Assembly: GCF_006345805.1 (NCBI RefSeq)
Contig: NW_021833521.1
Coordinates: 1-28,549, forward strand
From: Octopus sinensis
Lineage: Eukaryota
Length of the DNA stretch: 28,549 nucleotides
Direction: 5' to 3'
The first letter of the stretch is position 1, and each line of letters opens with the position of its first letter. A model generated the notes under the pieces. The model saw only the letters and a list, made by a program, of their open reading frames with translations, was not told the DNA's origin and did no database searches. A program made the translations under genes and the position numbers. This document shows, piece by piece, positions 21,071 through 28,549 of the stretch.

Positions 21071-22714
21071 ATCATATTGAAATCATTGTACAATGTTAGC
21101 CTTTTGACCGTCATTCATGTATGTTGTTCAGAAGAAATCGAGATATCTATCATAGAGCAGAGGCTTTTATTTCTGTCTTCGCCAGTCGAAAAAGGTTTGC
21201 TCTACCGTAGAGAACAATAGCCATGCCATTCTCTCATTTTTGTATTTGGTATATGATTTCTACCAGCCTATTATGAGTTTTCTTATAGAAGTGACTGCAT
21301 ATTGCTCCAGTGATATTGCTAACTAACAAGACAAAACGAAGAATGAAATGTTTTTACATGAAATACGAAACTGCAAAAGTGGTGTTTAATTATCTATATT
21401 GATTACGTAGCTTGGAGTTGACACAAGCAACTTATTTACTCTACTTCATTAGATTTTTTTCCCTTTGTGTGGTTAACCATTGATTTTATTCAGCTAAAAT
21501 CTCAATTTCCGTTTTTTCGCTAGTTCAATGCCTTTGACCCATTGTTCGTTTTTATATTATTTTAATTCTTCACTGCCTAGTATCAAACGTGATACTAACT
21601 TTTGTTATAGCATAATTCTTTACTTTCGGTTTGATTCCTGCAAAAATAGTTTCGTTGTTTTGTCTTTATTTGAGCCCTTCTCTAAGCTTAACTTGCTTCA
21701 TATTCATATTATATTAATTATATCTCATGTTTTTTCTTATTTTTCTATAGTATACATTTGTCTGCTTCTATATATTTTCCTCCACCCAATTGTTTTAATC
21801 TGTGTACGTATGTGGCGGACATCATATCTCACGTAGATATGATGGTATCTATGTGAGCTTTAAAGATGTTGACTTCGGAATGTAAGAAATAGTTGTGAGG
21901 TTTTCCTATTTAAGTTCGAATTTATATTTAAGCTACAAATTATGACAGGAATCGGCAATATTTAAACTTATTATATTATTTCTGGTATTGAATTTAATTG
22001 TTTATATTATTTTAGCTCTACTGTAATAATAGTTTTTAACAACTTTCAGTAGATCAGATGACGTGATGTAAAGTGTATGGACGAAGCTCTGATAAATGAG
22101 AAGTTCTGATCAATTTAGATAGGCTTAAATTTCGAACTTGGTAGTTCAGCTTCGTTTCAGAGATTTGGCCTTATTTATGCAATGATATCTGATCGGTAGT
22201 CGTTTGACATCCCGAACTCTGTCAGCATAAGTCTGCTTCTACAAGCTTTAGTCTGCTTCTACTAGCCTTCATCCATCGAGATCTTACTTCGTAGTTCAAA
22301 GTACTGAAGTGAATAGTAGTCGAACTGAAGCATAGAGAGATAGGATCTGCGTAGGAGGTTTACTTCACATTTTGCAAAACAAGATAGTTCCCTCATTACT
22401 GCAGGAATATGGATAAACAGTTTTGTATATCAAGCTCCTCACGCAACTAGAACCCCCTATATCGCTACAGAAGCAAGACTCCACGATCTGTTGTTGTTTT
22501 CATTACACATTCTACGTCTATACCATATACCATTGTCAAAATTTCACAAACATTAGTTTTCCCATGCATGGTCAGAAAAGAAACCTGTCTTCAAACATCA
22601 AGCAAGACTTACATTACTGTACTCCGAATGTGTGCCGATGCATTTTCCATGTTTACCAGTGTAAGCTTCTGTGTGGAGTTGCGCCCGTGACTTACGATTA
22701 CTTAAAGAGAGTTT

Positions 22715-22834
22715 CCGATAAAAATAAATACCGAGGGTGATGCAGTCGGCTAAAATCTCTTGACGGCAGTGCTCCAGAATGGCACAATGACTGATATTGG
22801 TAAAAATAAAGAATAAAAGAGTAAAAACGTAAAA
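22715..22834 (+). mobile_element. SINE B 3' fragment
   Basis: GCAGTGCTCCAGAATGGC...ATGACTGA...TAAAAGAGTAAAA matches 6070-6135. Confidence 0.7.
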
Positions 22835-23339
22835 CAATATATCGCGCTAAAAATTTGTCTAGAAAAAGTACGAAGCGAGAAATGAAGAATAGAAAGTATC
22901 AATAGCAATCAGTGTAGTGCGGATGATTAAATGAAATATATGAAGATCAAAGATGTAATAAGTACAACATACTGCTCAGATTATAATATGAATAGCACTG
23001 CGGTACACAGGGACACATTCAACGTAGGAACCCTCTCAACACGGCTGATATTAGATTAAAAGAGAATTACGATGTAATTATATAAGCGACAAACAGAAAA
23101 AAAAAATGAGATTGGTGTGTATTTGCTAGGAGGTCGCCGGGGAGAGAAAGGGTATTTATATGTTGAAACTAAAACTACTTTAATCTTTAGATTGGCAACA
23201 TCATTATGTTACTTGTTAATAATATTGAAAAAACAACAAAAGGCAAACATTAAAAATAAACATTAAACAAGTGCACTAGAAGTTCAGAGAAATATATATT
23301 TTTATATATAGGAGGATAGAGAGGAATAAACATGAGAAA

Positions 23340-23341
<2 letters not shown>

Positions 23342-23405
<64 letters not shown>
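23342..23405. repeat. (GA)n microsatellite
   Basis: Direct reading. Confidence 0.98.
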
Positions 23406-23410
<5 letters not shown>

Positions 23411-23512
23411 AAGTGAAAATTAAGAAGGCTGAGACAAAGCGATAATGGGCGAATCATAATGGACTTGGTTGGATATTTTGTTCAGCAATCTATTATTTCA
23501 GAAATAAATAAC

Positions 23513-23545
<33 letters not shown>

Positions 23546-23550
23546 TATAG

Positions 23551-23592
<42 letters not shown>

Positions 23593-25062
23593 GTGTGTGT
23601 GTATATTGTATGTATATAGATAGATAGATAGATAGATAGATAGATTGATAGATATGCTGATAACTTTAATTATTTTAGCAACTTTGGCGCGCCGATACCA
23701 TTATTTTAATTTTTATAGCTTCAAAAATGCTTCTGCAGCCTAGTAAAATGAATATCTCGTTTCTAGTGGCCGTTTCAGTAGAGCATCCGTTAGTAAAGTG
23801 ATTGACAGGTTCGTTTCCTGCCAGAGAAGCCACTGCATTATGTCTATAAAAAAGACATTTAGATCAAAGCTAATGAATTCGTCTAACCCTAAGTAACAAC
23901 CATGAGTTGGCATAATTTAATGTTGCAGCAGTGGTCGTTGGTTTGCAGTGAAAAGCTTATTTTCTATAGGGAGAAAACAAACGCATAATATAACAGCGTC
24001 ATATCCAGTAGAATATTATTTCACATCAGCTTAATGTTACGGAAACTGGAGACATGTATCGGCTGAAAGAAACCTTCTAAGCCAGAAATCTAGTGGTTAG
24101 CTGTCTAATCCTCTTTCATAAACCTTTCGAGTTAATGTGAATGCCTGCAAGTGGTTCCTCTGCCTGCAAAAACAGCAGTCGGATATCCCTAAAATTACAC
24201 TGTACTACGTTGACAATTGAGCAGTATAGTCTTAGGTACGCAATCCTCGATCTTCTTACATAGCGCCAGTAAGCTAAAGCGCTTTTCACATCAAGCATTT
24301 TTCACGATTTGTGTTCTAGCGTCTCTGGAAGGCTTTCTTTCACATTACTGGAGATGCTTTTTGCGTTGTGCAGCCGCTACACCTACCGCGGTCTTCCCTC
24401 TTCAACGAAGCCATCTTGTGATGGAAGGAAATACAATAGAAGTGATGCTCAGCCTTAGAATTACTTCTTTGGTCAATAATGATGATTAACTGAAAAGAAA
24501 ATGTAGATAGTGCTAAATGCACACAAACGCCCAAAAGCAATACCAAGAGGAAAGCAAAATACTATTTCACTGTTTTCATTCATGCGTGCCTCTTATGTTA
24601 TTTCCCAAATTAACTGAAACTCATAAAATAGATATCTTTGTGATTTAATAAATAATGAAAACTTTAATCTGCTGTTATAAATCTGGACGGTGAAATGGAA
24701 TAAGTTATAAAAGTGCCATTTCAAAAGCTTTATATAAATTACTTTCGCTCTGATAAGGTCTACTTTCTGTCATAAGTTAGTGGGGTGGTTGCTACAATAA
24801 TGCTGGTCATTGCAAGTCTCCACCAGCATGAACATCTGGGTAGACACCCGTTAATGTGGAAGAAAATAGGTTTTTTATGTTTACAAAGTTAATGAGAATC
24901 TAGTCAGATGTTTACTAAACTTAGTGAAGTTACTGGTTTTTGTCACTGATTAGAGACCAATGGCGAAAATAGATGACTACGATTGTATGCAGAACATATG
25001 CGATGAACTATCTCGTAAGGAACAAGAACAAAGAAGAAGCTGATGGGGAAGGAGGATCAGGG

Positions 25063-25305
25063 AATAATAATAATGGTTTCAAATTTGGTCACATTGCCAG
25101 CAGTTTTTTTGGGGTGGGGTTGGGTGGGGAGGGATCAAGTCAATTAAATCGACTCCAGAGCTCAACTGGTATATATTTTATTGAGCTCGAAAGGATGAAA
25201 GGCAAAGTCGACCTTGGTGGAATTTGAACTCAGAACGTAAAGACGGATGAAAAGCCGCTAAGCTTTTAACCAGGCGTTCTAACGAGTCAGCCAGCTCGCC
25301 GCGTT
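25063..25305 (-). mobile_element. SINE A monomer
   Basis: Reverse complement has head, B-box, core and TTA tail. Confidence 0.87.
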
Positions 25306-25333
25306 AATGACAATGATGATGATGATGATAATA

Positions 25334-25366
<33 letters not shown>

Positions 25367-25376
25367 TAATAATAAT

Positions 25377-25555
25377 AGATCGGTGCAATTGTGAAGGTAG
25401 AACACCTACAAAAATCAACATTGCTTGGAACTGCAAGAGTTCTACGCAGGGTTCTTGAAGCATAGGCAGTAAAACAAGTGTCACCTTAGACTACTGGCTG
25501 TGGACAACTGACACTTTCTATCATACCTAGCAATATAATCTGTGAGTTTTAATAC
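25377..25555 (+). mobile_element. R4/Dong-like LINE extreme 3' end
   Basis: IGAIVKVEHLQKSTLLGTARVLRRVLEA* (LQK..LLGTAR motif) plus a short UTR, embedded in TAA/TGA repeats. Confidence 0.8.
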
Positions 25556-25565
25556 AATGATAATA

Positions 25566-25615
<50 letters not shown>

Positions 25616-25631
25616 AATAATAATAATAATG

Positions 25632-25673
<42 letters not shown>

Positions 25674-25675
25674 GT
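25556..25675. repeat. (GAT)n(AAT)n microsatellite
   Basis: Direct reading. Confidence 0.97.
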
Positions 25676-26409
25676 AAGAAGAACATTAAACATTTGTCGG
25701 TTAATGTTTGCTGGGAAAAAGTAGACGGGAGCTTTAGCCGTGTGCTTGCAACAGGGTTATCTCGAGTAAAGCTACCCAAGGAATGTATCGCCAAGCTAAG
25801 CATAGTAGTGTGTTTAAGACATTGCCTCAGCTTGACATATTCATTTTCTATGACCGACAAAAGGTATACCAGTAATATACTGAGTCAGTTCAATGAAATA
25901 TATTCATTTTGTAGAGGAGGTGACGTAATTAATCCTGGTGGGAGTTGAACTTGAGAAGATGAAAGGAAAATTGATCCTACAGGGAGTTAAGCTCAAAAAA
26001 GAAAAATGAAAGGAAAAATGATCCTGGCAATATTTGAATTCCAAGTGATGAAAAGAATCTGATCCTGCTGGGATTTGAACACATAACGGAAGAGAATGTA
26101 ACTAAATATAAGCGCCCTCCTATTTCTATTACTCCACAATCACAAGCATAACAGAAAATAGCTTTAAAATGACCCACCACGATGTGCTTTAATATCGCCC
26201 GCGAGCACAAAATCATAACCACACCCACATATATGCACACACCCATATGCAAACAAGAGCACCGAATATGCCTCATACACCGTACATAAAGGCAGAATTT
26301 AAACATTTTGTTGAGTCCTCAAACCTGACTGATTTATGATCAATGCAGTTTACACTTGTATAGCAAATGTTTACATTCATACATAAAAAGACACACACAC
26401 ACACACACA

Positions 26410-26600
26410 TCCTTTTATTCATCAATTGGATTGCGACCATGCTGGAACACTACGTTGAAGATTTTTAGTCGATCAGACCAATCCCAGCATATACTTTTTT
26501 GGTACTTAATTTATGATAAGTTTTTGCCGAACTGCTAATTTAGCGACCACAAACCAGTTGTGAAGCAGTGAGATAAACATGAACACACACACACACAAGC
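26410..26600 (-). mobile_element. SINE B 3' half, decayed
   Basis: GCGACCATGCTGGAACAC and TTTTGCCGAACTGCTAA match the reverse complement of 5990-6090. Confidence 0.65.
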
Positions 26601-26749
26601 GCGCACACATCATAGAAATAAAAGCCAATACATAAAACTATATTTTATGGAGGGACTTTGATGACTCAAGGGCCTTGAGTTTCATATCAATATACTTTTG
26701 AAAGAACAGATAGCACAAACATTAGACCCTTGAGCCATTGAACATTTCT

Positions 26750-26766
26750 ACTACTATACTACTACT

Positions 26767-26856
<90 letters not shown>
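26750..26856. repeat. (TAC)n(TAA)n microsatellite
   Basis: Direct reading. Confidence 0.97.
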
Positions 26857-26859
<3 letters not shown>

Positions 26860-27414
26860 GCTCTGATACAGTACAGGACAGTGGCTCTCCTGGCTTCTGA
26901 TCTTAACTGATTGGAAGTGTTATCATGTACATTGTTTTGTTTTGGTATACAAGATGAGCTACAGCAAATACTTTGATCAGTACCTCAGATTTGCTTGTCA
27001 GTTGTTTTACTTTAACCAGTTGAGTATGTCCCTTTGTGGCTGACGATATGTGCATCTCTGTTCACAAGCAGAATTAGTGGGGAGCATCGTAGTCATGTGT
27101 TGAGAGGAATCTTTGGAGTTTGAATAAGTCACTCCTGGAAACACGGGTGTTTTGTTCATCATCCTCAAACAAACCTTATTCAGGGACCATTTGAGTGGGA
27201 TGGGCGACTCAATCTCAAGAAACGTCTAACTGGCCCCCACCTGCAATGTCATGCGCTGTTTAACTTGATATGAGGTCACCATGTCGCGCACATATGGTTG
27301 TTATGCGTGTGCCTGGTACACCCTTATCAGACGGGCAATCATGATGGGTATATTGGGTTTCGTACATTTGTACCCCAGAGTCACTTTGATGGCATGCACT
27401 GCTCTCTCTCACTC
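26857..27414 (+). mobile_element. Family D repeat, longest copy
   Basis: Reverse complement of 1680-2142 plus about 95 extra nt; preceded by (TAA)n and followed by ATAATAATAAT. Confidence 0.9.
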
Positions 27415-27479
27415 ATAATAATAATCGTAATACTATCTCTCACCGCTTCTCACTCTCTTCTCTTTCTGTCTTTCGTGTG

Positions 27480-27514
27480 TGCATATATATATACATACTT
27501 ACATACATACATGC

Positions 27515-27582
<68 letters not shown>

Positions 27583-27663
27583 TATTATATATTATATATA
27601 TATATATATTATATATATACATATATACATACATAAATACATACATACATACATATATATTAT

Positions 27664-27695
<32 letters not shown>

Positions 27696-27700
27696 TAATA
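27480..27700. repeat. (TA)n/(TACA)n microsatellite
   Basis: Direct reading. Confidence 0.97.
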
Positions 27701-28084
27701 AATAAGATAGAACACCAGTAATGTTGTTTCAAAATAGTCATTCCTACAACTGTTTCAATAATTCGTGTTAACATTTGCGATTATGAATATATAATTATAA
27801 CCGTTTGGTGCATACAAGCAACTTATACCCGTATGTAACATCACGTCATTCTTTCAAAGATGTTCCATTCCTGCTTTACACCTTATTCCGCCGTATATGT
27901 ATCCTTATACCATTTTACAAGTGGATTTTCGGAGATTCACATGTTGCACTACACAGGTGTCTAGTATTAGTATATCACATACATATACATATAGGGCGTA
28001 CATATAAAGCGTACACATAGATCGTGCACATAGGTCAATAAATAGGGGTACAAAATTTAATAATGATTTTTTTATGTATATATA

Positions 28085-28296
28085 GGTGAAGGTGTGATTG
28101 TGTGGTAAGAAGTCTTTTCCTGAATAACATGGTTCTGGGTTCAGTCCCATTGCGTGGAACCTTGCGCAAGTGTTTTCTTATATAGAGTCTGGCAGACCAA
28201 AGTTTAGTGAATGGATTCAGTAGAGGAAAACCGAGAGAAGACAGTCGTGTATATATGTGTGTGTGAGTGTACGCGTATGTGTGGGTGTCTGTATGT

Positions 28297-28351
<55 letters not shown>

Positions 28352-28400
28352 TGTGTGTGTGTGCGAGTGTGCTCCCACCATTGCTTGGCAACCGGTGTTG
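28085..28400 (+). mobile_element. SINE B, 3' part missing
   Basis: Aligns with 5721-5970 including the internal TG tract; similarity ends at CAACCGGTGTTGG. Confidence 0.82.
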
Positions 28401-28470
28401 GCGGCGGCGTGTGTACCGTTGGCGATTTTTTTCCTCTGTCTTCCCTTCTCTGGATCTTTCCTTCTCCTAT

Positions 28471-28505
28471 GTTTCTGACGAAGCGCTCCGCTCGAAACGT
28501 TAAAC
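28471..28505 (+). ncRNA. Minimal type I hammerhead ribozyme-like motif
   Basis: Stem I GTTT/AAAC, core CTGACGA plus extra A, stem II GCGC(TCC)GCTC with one mismatch, GAAA, palindromic ACGT in place of stem III, predicted site GUU at 28499-28501. Confidence 0.6.
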
Positions 28506-28549
28506 CCTACTTCTTTCCTTCTTTCCTGAGCGTCTAATAATACTATATT

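Noticed and set aside
24130-24420. Minus-strand micro-exon candidates (DGFVEEGRPR / QRNHLQAFTLTRK)
   Set aside because: Too short to distinguish from chance splice motifs
26857-26940. HDV-like ribozyme or U2-like sequence at the family D 5' end
   Set aside because: I could not build the nested pseudoknot, and the similarity to U2 is only a few bases
972-28400. tRNA genes or a CRISPR array suggested by repeated GTTCAAATTCC motifs
   Set aside because: These are SINE B-boxes; there is no full cloverleaf and no repeat-spacer periodicity
6144-28537. Long ORFs rich in I/Y, H/T, C/V or poly-I/poly-M (for example 6144-6761, 17210-18202, 19553-20092)
   Set aside because: They are translations of TA, CA, TG and TTA microsatellites, not proteins

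Overview
Repeat-dominated, AT-rich animal genomic DNA with no prokaryotic features and no host gene I can name. I recognise the SINE families and microsatellite load as cephalopod (Octopus-like); that assignment is inference from recall. Most ORFs in the supplied track are microsatellite translations. Supported content: at least three tRNA-headed SINE families (about 20 copies, many chained at TTA tails), decayed non-LTR retrotransposons (RTE, two R4/Dong-like RLE remnants, one HERO-like 3' end), a decayed Penelope-like element (RT C-terminus plus GIY-YIG), mariner derivatives, a hAT MITE with a perfect 8-bp TSD, a Helentron-type non-autonomous element, and a ~560-bp repeat in three copies sitting in (TAA)n. 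The most interesting signal is a non-coding repeat (28401-28549 +, 16645-16930 -) carrying a minimal type I hammerhead-ribozyme fold, in a window that also holds a Penelope-like remnant. A few weak candidate spliced exons are noted. Boundaries of decayed elements are approximate (about +/-10-30 nt).
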